Shown: positions 50,586-59,501 of the stretch, piece after piece
How positions within the stretch are numbered: the stretch's first letter is position 1
Layout of the letters: each line of letters begins with the position of its first letter
Source of the DNA: an uncultured Gammaproteobacteria bacterium
GTDB taxonomy: Bacteria > Pseudomonadota > Gammaproteobacteria > Pseudomonadales > Halieaceae
Length of the DNA: 64,000 bases
Direction of reading: 5' to 3'
Assembly (NCBI GenBank): GCA_963747995.1
Contig: CAVVHD010000005.1
Location: 1,699-65,698, forward strand
Notes under the pieces: model-generated
Seen by the model: the letters and a program-made list of their open reading frames with translations, nothing else
Told to the model about the DNA's origin: nothing
The model's database searches: none
Position numbers and translations under genes: made by a program

Positions 50586-52949
50586 GTGAGCTGTGAAATC
50601 TGTACACTGGCGCAGATCACCGACGCCAGTGCGGGTGGCAAGGCCTATGGCCTGGCGCGTCTGGTGGCCATGGGTCTGCCCGTGCCGCCAGCCTTTGTGT
50701 TGCGTAACGCCAGCACTGACGACTTTCCCGCCGGCCTGGACCAGAGCTATCACAGTCTGGGCAAAGCATCCGTCGCTGTGCGCTCCTCGGCACTCGGTGA
50801 GGACGGTGGCGAGGCATCCTTCGCCGGCCAATACGACACCGTGCTGAATGTGCAGGGCACATCTCAATTGCGCCACGCGATAAACCGTTGCGTGGCTTCC
50901 GCCTCGAATGAGCGCGCACGCAGCTATCAGCAGGAGCAGTCTGGCAGCGACGCTATCACCATGAATGTTGTGGTGCAGGCCATGGTGGATGCCCGCGCTG
51001 CTGGCGTGGTATTTACCGCTGACCCGGTGAGCGCCAGGCGCGACCTGTTGGTGATTGATGCGGTTGCCGGACTGGGGGAGGCACTGGTCAGCGGCGAGGC
51101 CACACCCGATCACTACGGCGTACACAGCAGTGGCGCCATCGTGCGACGCCAGTTGACGGGCACCGCGCCCTTGCTCAGCGACAGCGAAATCATGGCGATT
51201 GCCACGCAGGCCCGTGCTGCGGCGGCCCATGAGGGACGCCCGCTGGACCTCGAGTGGGCCATCGATCAGGGCGGTACCTTGTACTGGTTGCAGGCGCGGC
51301 CAATCACTACATTACCTGCCGACCTCTGCGAATTTGATACGGTGCTGCCGCGCCCGCACGACGTGCTGACCATCAGCAACGTCAGCGAAATGATGCCCGG
51401 CGCCGTATGCCCGCTGACCGGTTCCTTTACCGGCTGGGGTATCGATTACGGCCTGCAGCATATGCAGGTAGAGGTAGGAGCGAGGTCAGGCATCCAGCAG
51501 GACTGGCAGATTACGGCCTGGGCGTACGGCCATTTATTTCTCAACCTGACCGGCAATGTCGTGATGTCATCCGCTGTGCTCGGCTCCACCGTGGAGCAGA
51601 CCGCACAATCCTTGTGCGGGCGCATAGTGCCTGAGCTCAAGGGATTCGCACCGCAGCCGCTGTTGCGGCGCGTGGCTAACACCATAAAGCTGCTGCGCTA
51701 CTGCCTGCGTGCGCCTGCGGTGGTGGAGCGTTTCGGACGTGAGTTGGACGCTTTTGTTATTGAGCACAAGCCGGGCAGTGCTGCCATGTGGGCGCAACTG
51801 GAGCAGAAGTCCGCGTTCTTTGACCATGCCATGGCGGTGCACATCCAGTCGTCAGCCCTGTCGGGATTTCTGTGCTCCATCGTGGAGAACATGGTGTCCG
51901 GACGCGCCAATGACAGTACCAGCGAAGAGCAGGGTGAAGCAGTGCGCTTGCTGTCCGGTGCGACCGGGGTGGAGAGCGCAGTGATGCTACAAGAGTTGGA
52001 CCACCTGATCGATCAGGTGGTCGCGCATCCGGATGCATCGCAGTTGTTTCAGCAGGCAGCTGTGGCGGATGCCCTGTCCTGGATTCACAGCGCTGCCGGG
52101 CTGGCACCGGCATTTGTCGCGTTTCTGTCAGACCATGGGCATCGCGGCTATCGCGAGTTGTGTATGCGCGACCCGTCCTGGAGCGACGATCCTGCGCCGC
52201 TGATCCAGAGTATGCAGGCGGCGGTGCATGCGCGCCTGGTCACCGGAGGGCATCGGCCGCTGCACACGCAGGACATCGACTGGTCCAGCCTCAGTCGCGG
52301 CCTGCGCTGGATTTTGCCAAGGGCACATAACGCCATTCGCCGCCGCGAGCACACGAAGTCCCAACTGGTGGACGCCGCGCACCGTTTCAAGCGCGGCTTT
52401 CGTCATCTGGGTAAACTGCTGCAGGAGGAGGGCGCACTGCCCGATGCCGACCTGATAAATTTTTTCAGCACGTGGGAGTTGCCGGCTTTTGTTGCCAGCC
52501 CCAGCACGGCGGCAGTGGATCGCGCAGTTGCCCGCAGGGAAGCGCTGGCCTACCAGCAACAGTTTGAGTTTCCCGAAATTTCAGTGGGCATACCGCAGCC
52601 ACTGGAGGCGCGCACTGCTGTCTTCACCGATGGTTTGTTACACGGTCGCCCTGCTTCCCGTGGTGTCGTGCAGGGTATCGCACGGGTAGCCCATACGCTG
52701 GCGGAAGCCGCCGCGCTGCAACCGGGAGAAATCCTGGTGACGCCGATCACCGATATCGGCTGGACACCCTATTTCAGCTTGATCGGTGGCTTGGTGACCG
52801 ACCTGGGTAGCGCCGTCTCCCACGGCGCCGTCATTGCCCGCGAATACGGACTGCCCTGTGTGGTCAATACTCGCGATGGCACACGCTTCTTCCAGAGTGG
52901 GGATCTTATTCGATTGGATGGTGACAAGGGTACGGTGGAGCGGCTATGA
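50586..52949 (+). CDS. PEP/pyruvate-binding (PPDK_N ATP-grasp) plus PEP-utilizer swivel-His domain phosphotransferase, rifampin-phosphotransferase-like architecture
   Basis: Intact 787 aa. The N-terminus has GGKAYGLARLVAMGLPVPPAFVL...AVRSSALGEDG. The C-terminus reads ...ILVTPITDIGWTPYFSLIGGLVTDLGSAVSHGAVIAREYGLPCVV with the phospho-His. GTG start. Confidence 0.75.
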   Translation: MSCEICTLAQITDASAGGKAYGLARLVAMGLPVPPAFVLRNASTDDFPAGLDQSYHSLGKASVAVRSSALGEDGGEASFAGQYDTVLNVQGTSQLRHAINRCVASASNERARSYQQEQSGSDAITMNVVVQAMVDARAAGVVFTADPVSARRDLLVIDAVAGLGEALVSGEATPDHYGVHSSGAIVRRQLTGTAPLLSDSEIMAIATQARAAAAHEGRPLDLEWAIDQGGTLYWLQARPITTLPADLCEFDTVLPRPHDVLTISNVSEMMPGAVCPLTGSFTGWGIDYGLQHMQVEVGARSGIQQDWQITAWAYGHLFLNLTGNVVMSSAVLGSTVEQTAQSLCGRIVPELKGFAPQPLLRRVANTIKLLRYCLRAPAVVERFGRELDAFVIEHKPGSAAMWAQLEQKSAFFDHAMAVHIQSSALSGFLCSIVENMVSGRANDSTSEEQGEAVRLLSGATGVESAVMLQELDHLIDQVVAHPDASQLFQQAAVADALSWIHSAAGLAPAFVAFLSDHGHRGYRELCMRDPSWSDDPAPLIQSMQAAVHARLVTGGHRPLHTQDIDWSSLSRGLRWILPRAHNAIRRREHTKSQLVDAAHRFKRGFRHLGKLLQEEGALPDADLINFFSTWELPAFVASPSTAAVDRAVARREALAYQQQFEFPEISVGIPQPLEARTAVFTDGLLHGRPASRGVVQGIARVAHTLAEAAALQPGEILVTPITDIGWTPYFSLIGGLVTDLGSAVSHGAVIAREYGLPCVVNTRDGTRFFQSGDLIRLDGDKGTVERL

Positions 52950-53641
52950 GCAATGAGATCTGTGTGATCACCGGAGTGGGGCCTGGCACTGGCACGGCGC
53001 TGGTACGAAAATTTGCCGAGCGTTACCGTGTCGTCATGCTTGCACGCAACGCGCAGCGACTGCAGTCGCTGGCAGATGAAATCCCCGGTACCATTCCCCT
53101 GGTGTGTGATGTAGCTGACTCAACCGCGTTGCAGTCCACAGTGGAGAAGATTGCAGCGATCGGCGCACCCTGTGTCGTCATTCACAATGCTGTCGGTGGC
53201 GGTGCCGGCGATGTTCTAACGTTGTCGCCACAGTTGCTGCAACGCAATTTCCAGATCAACACCATGGCCCTGCTGCACCTGATCCAGGCCTTTGCCCCCG
53301 GCATGGTCAAGGCGGGCGATGGCGTTATCCTTGCGACGGGCAATACGGCGGCCTATCGCGGGCGGACCAATTTCGCCAGTTTCGCGCCCACCAAGGCGGC
53401 GCAGCGCATTTTGTTGGAGTCCGCGGCCCGTCTGCTGGGCCCGCAGGGTGTGCATGTGGCGTATATTGCAATAGATGCAGCGATTGATGTGCCGTGGACA
53501 CGTAAAGCGCTGCCCGATCACCCGGACGATTTCTTCGCCAGTCCAGCGGATATCGCGAGCGAGTGTTTTCATATTGCACACCAGCCGCGCTCAACCTGGA
53601 CGTTTGATGTGGTTATTCGACCGTTTGGGGAGACCTGGTAG
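52946..53641 (+). CDS. SDR family oxidoreductase
   Basis: 231 aa with ITGVGPGTGTALVRKF. A Ser...YxxxK-type region is plausible (TGNTAAYRGRTNFASFAPTKAAQ). Its ATG overlaps the upstream TGA. Confidence 0.8.
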   Translation: MSNEICVITGVGPGTGTALVRKFAERYRVVMLARNAQRLQSLADEIPGTIPLVCDVADSTALQSTVEKIAAIGAPCVVIHNAVGGGAGDVLTLSPQLLQRNFQINTMALLHLIQAFAPGMVKAGDGVILATGNTAAYRGRTNFASFAPTKAAQRILLESAARLLGPQGVHVAYIAIDAAIDVPWTRKALPDHPDDFFASPADIASECFHIAHQPRSTWTFDVVIRPFGETW

Positions 53642-53667
53642 CAGCGACGGGCCCCGTTTTTCAGACG

Positions 53668-53701
53668 GAAAAAAAGGCCGCGACCCGGTGGTCGCAGCCT
53701 T
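53668..53701 (-). terminator. Rho-independent terminator for the SYLF gene (hairpin plus U-run on the minus strand)
   Basis: AAGGCCGCGAC, loop ccggtg, then GTCGCAGCCTT (10 of 11 pairs). It is flanked by an A-run on the plus strand, which is a T-run on the minus strand, about 20 nt after the stop of 53722..54294. Confidence 0.65.
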
Positions 53702-53721
53702 CTGCAACGTTTCTGTCCGAG

Positions 53722-54294
53722 CTACAGTGGCTTGAAGCTGTATTTCTGTCCGCCGAGAGTTGCCTGATACATCAGGCCACCCTTGGCCACGGTAAAGATC
53801 GCCATGCCCTTGCGAAAGCCCAGCGAGCTGGTGGTCGCATCGTTCTTGCCCCCGCTAAGCCCGGTTGAAGTCCCACCACCGGTGTTTGCTGTGGCTGAGG
53901 CACCTGCGGTGATCGCCACCGCGCTGGCATCTGCGCTGAACTCGAAATTACCGGCCGTAAAATTCTTCAGGGCATCCTCGGTTTCGAAGAAGATAATCTG
54001 GCTGAAGGCCTCCGCGCCCAGTTGGAAACCGATTGTGAGCTGCGTCATGTCGGAGGTGCCGATGGCGACACCATTTTTATAGACTCTGCCGGAGCCGTGG
54101 GCACCGCCAATGCCGATACCGCCCTTGCCGATCGTGGGGAATACCGCGTAGCCGATACTTTTCTCGAAAAACGCACCGCTTTCCCCGGCATTTTTGAAGC
54201 TCTTGATGGCGTCATCGTATTCATCCGCCCGCACCATCTGGCTTGTCAGGCCGAACAGGAGGAAGACCAGGGTGGCTTTGATCAATGTTTTCAT
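53722..54294 (-). CDS. SYLF/Ysc84 (DUF500) lipid-binding domain protein, secreted
   Basis: 190 aa with a signal peptide (LVFLLFGLTSQMVRA). Contains ...YAVFPTIGKGGIGIGGAHGSGRVY...GFQLGAEAFSQIIFF...NFEFSADASAV..., typical of the family. Confidence 0.75.
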   Translation of the reverse strand: MKTLIKATLVFLLFGLTSQMVRADEYDDAIKSFKNAGESGAFFEKSIGYAVFPTIGKGGIGIGGAHGSGRVYKNGVAIGTSDMTQLTIGFQLGAEAFSQIIFFETEDALKNFTAGNFEFSADASAVAITAGASATANTGGGTSTGLSGGKNDATTSSLGFRKGMAIFTVAKGGLMYQATLGGQKYSFKPL

Positions 54295-54468
54295 AGTGTG
54301 AAATCCCTTGGTAAAAGGTTAATGAGCTGGCTTGCGGAGCCACCTGCAGCATGGCAAACACATCCGATATCGTCAAGTACAGTCGGTGTCAGTATCTGAT
54401 TCTGCTACACTGCAGGTGCGATGCGAGCAATGTCCGCAGTACAGTACCCTATTGAGGCCCGGTCAGAC

Positions 54469-55926
54469 ATGGCGATGAAAAAACTGAGTTTTCTGGATAG
54501 CGTTTTTCTCCTGGCTGAAAATCGCAAGACACCCATGCATGTGGGCGGCGTGAATCTGTTTACCCTACCCCATGGGGTGGATGAGCAGGAGTTTTTGCAC
54601 CATGTAGGTGAAAACCTGCGCTCTGCCGATGAGTTCCAGCCACCTTTTGGCGACCATCTGAAGACCGGTCCCCTGGGAGTCGCAGGTCCGATGTATTGGG
54701 AGCGCGATAGTGCCATCGATGTTGATTACCATATCCGACACTCGGCACTGCCGAAACCGGGCCGTTATCGCGAGCTGTTTGCGCTGGTATCGCGCCTGCA
54801 CGGCACTCTGCTCGATCGCAATCGGCCGTTATGGGAAATGCATTTGATTGAAGGGCTGCAGGATCGCCAGTGTGCAATTTATTCCAAGTTCCATCACGCC
54901 GCGATCGATGGTGTCCGCTCCATGCACCTGGTGCAGAGTATGTACTCCACCAGTGCGCAAACACGCATGACCGAATCACCGCTCTCCCTGAAGGCGGGCG
55001 AGCGCTACCGGGCGGCGATGAAGCAGCAACATGGCGAAACCGTCTCGAATCAGGATTTGCGCAACGTGGCTGACAGGCTCAAAGCGCAATTCGATAGCAG
55101 CGTGCAGATGTACTCTGCCCTCAAGCGTGCCGCCGATGCCTGGCGGGGTAACGGCGGTCCATTATCGATGCCATGGCTGAACGTGCCGCGCAGTGCGATC
55201 AATACGCCGGTAGACGGCGCGCGGCGCTTCGTTGCCCAATCCTGGCCACTCGATCGTATTCGCGCGGTCGGTAGCGCGCTCGGCGGTACCTTTAACGATG
55301 CGGTACTGGCGATGTGTGCTGGAGCGCTGCGCCTCTACCTGCAAAACCACGGCGAGCTGCCAGCCCAGTCACTAAAGGCGATGGTTCCGGTCTCGCTGCG
55401 CGTCGCGGGTGACGTCGACTCATCCAATGCGGTTGGTGCCATCAGCGCTGATCTTGCGACCAACGTAAAAGATGCGGCCGAACGCTTTGCAGCTATCCAG
55501 GCGTCGACGCGCGCTGGCAAGGAATTGTATGCGGGCATGTCTGCAGGCGAGGCCCAGCTGCTGATGCAGTTGATCCAAATGCCAGGCCTGTTGTTGATGC
55601 CCCTGGGGCTCGCCAGTCGCTTCCCGCCCTATAGCACGGTGATCTCCAATGTGCCCGGGCCACGCCAACCCATGTATTGGAATGGTGCGCGGCTCAATGG
55701 TATCTATCCTGCGTCCATCGTGACCGAAGGCGTGGCACTGAATATTACGTTGGTGACGTATGACAAGAATGTGGATTTCGGCATTATCGCCTGTCGCCGC
55801 ACCATGCCCCAGGTCCAGCGCTTGATTGATTATATGGAGCAGTCCCTGTGTGAGCTGGAAGATGCGGCAGGTTTCTCCGTGTCAGGGAAAAACGAAAAAC
55901 AAAACATAAAGCGAAAGCGAAAGTAA
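54469..55926 (+). CDS. Wax ester synthase/diacylglycerol acyltransferase (WS/DGAT)
   Basis: Contains LSFLDSVFLLAENRKTPMHVGGV, the catalytic motif HHAAIDG, RPLWEMHLIEGL and ...NVPGPRQPMYWNGARL. The start is taken at MAMKKLSF. Lys/Arg-rich C-terminal tail. Confidence 0.9.
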   Translation: MAMKKLSFLDSVFLLAENRKTPMHVGGVNLFTLPHGVDEQEFLHHVGENLRSADEFQPPFGDHLKTGPLGVAGPMYWERDSAIDVDYHIRHSALPKPGRYRELFALVSRLHGTLLDRNRPLWEMHLIEGLQDRQCAIYSKFHHAAIDGVRSMHLVQSMYSTSAQTRMTESPLSLKAGERYRAAMKQQHGETVSNQDLRNVADRLKAQFDSSVQMYSALKRAADAWRGNGGPLSMPWLNVPRSAINTPVDGARRFVAQSWPLDRIRAVGSALGGTFNDAVLAMCAGALRLYLQNHGELPAQSLKAMVPVSLRVAGDVDSSNAVGAISADLATNVKDAAERFAAIQASTRAGKELYAGMSAGEAQLLMQLIQMPGLLLMPLGLASRFPPYSTVISNVPGPRQPMYWNGARLNGIYPASIVTEGVALNITLVTYDKNVDFGIIACRRTMPQVQRLIDYMEQSLCELEDAAGFSVSGKNEKQNIKRKRK

Positions 55927-56115
55927 AAGTAAAAGAAGAAAAGCGAAAAAAGTGCCGCGGAAAAAAACAGCCGGGCGCGCCAGGAGAAACCGTTAATCTG
56001 CGGCAGTGCCGTCACAGCGGTTGCTGCCCGCTGACGACTTCCCTTGGAGTATTGGGCAATGCTACATTGTGGTCCGCTCTCGATAATCCAGTCGGGCGAC
56101 CTCCGAGGAGATTCC

Positions 56116-56864
56116 ATGTTCCGTACGTTTTTGCTTCTGCTGTTGTGCACCTTCAGCTCTGTCAGTGCCATGGCGGGCGGACTCAAGGTCGGTGTCTCGG
56201 CTGATTATCCGCCAATGGTATATAAACAGGAAGGGCACATCGTGGGCCTGGAAGCCGACAACGCGAAGGCAGTAGGTGGTATTATCGGCCAGGAATTAAC
56301 GCTGGTAGACATGCCCTTTGCCAAACTGATTCCCGCTCTGCAGGCCGGTGAAATCGACGTGATCATGTCGGCCATGAGTATAACGCCGGAGCGCAGTGCG
56401 CTGGTCACCTTTACCGACCCCTACATGGAGATGGGGCAAATGGCCATTATGTTAGCGGATAAAGCGGCGAAGTTTTCCCAGCCCTGGTCCATCTTCGACC
56501 AGGTGTACGAGTCGGTGTGGAACCCGGCACCACCGGAGCGCAATTTGCGGCGAGCGACCTAAAGGATGCGCAGATCAAGTTTTTCAATGATTCGGCCGCT
56601 GCCTTCGCCGGCCTGCGCAATAATGAGATCGATCTCTATGTTCACGATGCGCCCACCAGTTGGCAGCTCGCAACCACGGGAAAAAATACTGACCTGATCA
56701 GTCTGTACGCACCACTCACACATGAACAGCTGGCGTGGGCGGTGCGCAAGGACGATGCGCGCCTGGCCGAATCACTCAATGCCGCACTGCGCACCATGAA
56801 GGCCAATGGCAGCTTGCGCTACATCCTCAATCGCTGGATTCCGGTGACCGTCGAAGTGCGCTGA
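56116..56864 (+). pseudogene. Family-3 solute-binding protein (polar amino acid ABC-type SBP), one frameshift
   Basis: A signal peptide (MFRTFLLLLLCTFSSVSAMA) and ...DVIMSAMSITPERSALVTFTDPY lie in ORF 56044..56562. The remainder (...GVRVGVEPGTTGAQF...YVHDAPTSW...) lies in the frame of ORF 56517..56864. The junction lies near 56495-56503. No ABC permease or ATPase gene is adjacent. Confidence 0.8.
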
Positions 56865-56868
56865 GGTA

Positions 56869-56891
56869 GCACGGCCCGTTGCGGGCCGTGC
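56869..56891. terminator. Hairpin between convergent genes (GCACGGCCC / GGGCCGTGC)
   Basis: A perfect 9-bp GC-rich stem with a 5-nt loop lies between the SBP stop (56864) and the acylase stop (56907). No clear U-run. Confidence 0.45.
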
Positions 56892-56906
56892 ACTGCGCGC
56901 GATGAG

Positions 56907-59343
56907 CTATTCCTGCAGTACCAGTGTTGCTCCCACCTGGCGGGCGTTGATCTGATCCTCGCAGAAGGGAAAACGGACCCACTCCTTGTTGGAGTAGAGT
57001 TTGGTCTGGTCGCCGTAGTGGGGTGACGCCGGGTCAGTGGACTGGGAGGGCACCAATATCACGTCCGCGATCGGGCACGCGCTGTCATCCCAGGTGACGG
57101 CCTGGATGTAGGAATTGCCAGCGCGAGGGTTGATATAGCCGCCCTCGGACAGATCGACACTGATGGCCCCGTAAACACCTGCGGTGCCGGGACCGCCGTG
57201 GATGGGAACATTTTCCGTCGTTGCGTTGCAGCACCTGCACATCTCCCCACGCCGCATCCAGCGCCACGCCGGCATCCGCCAGTCGCTCGCTCGCTTTCGC
57301 CAGCGCCGCGATGACGAGCTGGTGGTTGCTGTCCAGGCTGGTATCAATTCCGGCTGGCGTGTTGAGGGGGTCCTTGGGGTCAAAATCCACTTTCCAGAAC
57401 TCGTCGCTCTCCACCACGTCCTGGAAGGGATTGTTCAACTCGTCGCGGATGACCTGCCAGAATTCTGTAAACACCTGGGCCCCGCGGCTGTCCAGATTCA
57501 CCTTTCTGTCCCATACAGTGAGCGCGGAACAGGCGGGTGATACAGCAGTGGCCGCTTCCGTCGCACAAATTTCGAGAACATCGTCCAGCACCAGTTCCGC
57601 GGCGTAGACGCGATTGCTGTACATCATGCCTTCAAGTGACGGCAGATCAAACAGCGGTTCCGTATCAAGTCCGTCTGTGGCATTTTTGCGCTGGGCGACC
57701 ATCAGGTGCCCGAGCCGGGTGCGTGGAAACTGTTGCAAGCCTTCGGCGCCCAGTGGCCCCATGATCCTGGGGAAACCTTCCAGTGGATGGTTGGCATCGC
57801 TCAGCCAGTAGCTGTTGTTGCTGTTGCCCACGTAGTCAGTGGTGCGGATTTGCGGCAGTTTGGCGCTGCTGTACAGGTTACTGCCTGCCGGTGCGTCGGG
57901 GTCAGTGCCCCACTCGCAGGCGGAATCGGCGCCGTTCAGGGAGACGAGAACGCCAGTGGTGGCCGACGATAACAGCGTACCGATCGGGAACTCGACACAG
58001 GTGTCGAGTTGCTCCTGAGTGACAAAGGGAATCGCCGATACTTCGCCGTAAAAAGCATTGCCGTAGCGGTCTGCTGCCAGGTCGTGGAATAGCGGATTGC
58101 CAATAGCATTCAGCGCCTCGATATACTCCTGGATATTGGTGGCCTGTGCTTTTTTTGTCCACTGTCCGGTGCCGCGTAGCCCCGTGTTCAGGTTGGCGTC
58201 GCGGAAGGCGAGCACTGACGAGCCGTTGAACATGGGCCAGCCGTCGAGCAGCGGATCTGCATCCTTGAGATTGATGATGGGGCCGTAGTGCGAGGTGTAA
58301 AATGTGTAGCTACGCGTTGCCATTGAGCCATCAGGTTGTTTCGCCAGCACCTCGACGAGCTGTTGCCCGATATCGCGCCATTGCCCATCGTAGTCGTACT
58401 GTAAGGGATTGTTCGGGTTGAGCTTCAGCTCGTACAGGCTGAAGCGATTGGCATAGGACACGGTGTGGGTCCAGGCGACATCCTTGGTGAAGCCGATGGC
58501 GATGAACGGTAAGCCGTGCAGTGCAGCACCGGCCACGTCGTAGACGCCCGGAATAGTGAGATGGGCCTGGTACCAGGCGCCATTGCCGAACCATGGCTGG
58601 TGCGGGTTGCCCAGCAGCATGCCGTGACCGTTCCTGGTCACATCGCGCCCCAGCGCCAGGCCGTTACTGCCCAGGTCGGGATTGCGCAGCGCGGCGGTTG
58701 TTTTCTTCAGGGTATCGGCGGCAGCGGCTAGTTCACTCGGCGACGGCGTTGTTGCCAAGTTTGACGGGGAAGGCCCTGTGACGGACAGCAGACCCTCGCG
58801 CAGAATACCCTGGTTAGAGCTGCCTTGCAGGGCGATGGAGCCCAGAAACATGAGGTAGTCCGTGCTGTCGAAGGCGTATACCCAGGGGGCATTGCGACAG
58901 CCCCACTGGCCCTCGGGCAGGTTGTCGACACCGGTCTCTGTAAGGTAGCGGTTCATGCCACGGGTAAAACCCTCCGCCAGATCCAGTGTGTCTTGTGGTA
59001 AAGCATCTACAAATTTTTTCTTGAAACTGGCCTTGTCGCCATAGAGAAAACGGAACAGGAGATCGGACTCGACGCTACCCTGATCCTCGCCCATCAACTC
59101 GGCGGAGCGCCCGGTAGCAAACACCACCTCACGCATGGTGATGCAGAAGTTATCCTGCGCGTAGGCGTAGCCGAAGCCGTAGCCGAGGCCCGACCAGTCA
59201 TTGGCCTTGATGTGGGGGATGCCATAGTCGGTGCGGCGAATTTCTGCAGAGTATTTGGACTGCACCTGCGGATTGTCATTGGAATCACTGCAGGCACTGA
59301 CAAGTGTGGCCAGCAGGCAGGTGAGCAAGAATTTACGTGACAT
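56907..59343 (-). pseudogene. Penicillin-acylase-family Ntn hydrolase, acyl-homoserine-lactone acylase-like lipoprotein, one frameshift near the 3' end
   Basis: Lipobox LLATLVSACS. Contains IRRTDYGIPHIKA and the nucleophile context ...NPDLGSNGLALG...GHGMLLGNPHQPW. The C-terminal 120 aa (...VPIHGGPGTAGVY...SPHYGDQTKLYSNKEWVRFPF...) lie in ORF 56907..57383. The junction lies near 57205-57215. Confidence 0.85.
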
Positions 59344-59501
59344 GATGATCCTCAGTGTTTTTATGTGGCATAGCTGCATTATGGAGATTTGTCCAAGCTC
59401 CGAAAAGTATTAACGACAGGCCCCGGGGCAGTAACGGTATAAGGGGTTATTCTCCCGTATGATGTTATGCTTTTCGCTCAGTGCTTGTGCCGGAGGTGCC
59501 G

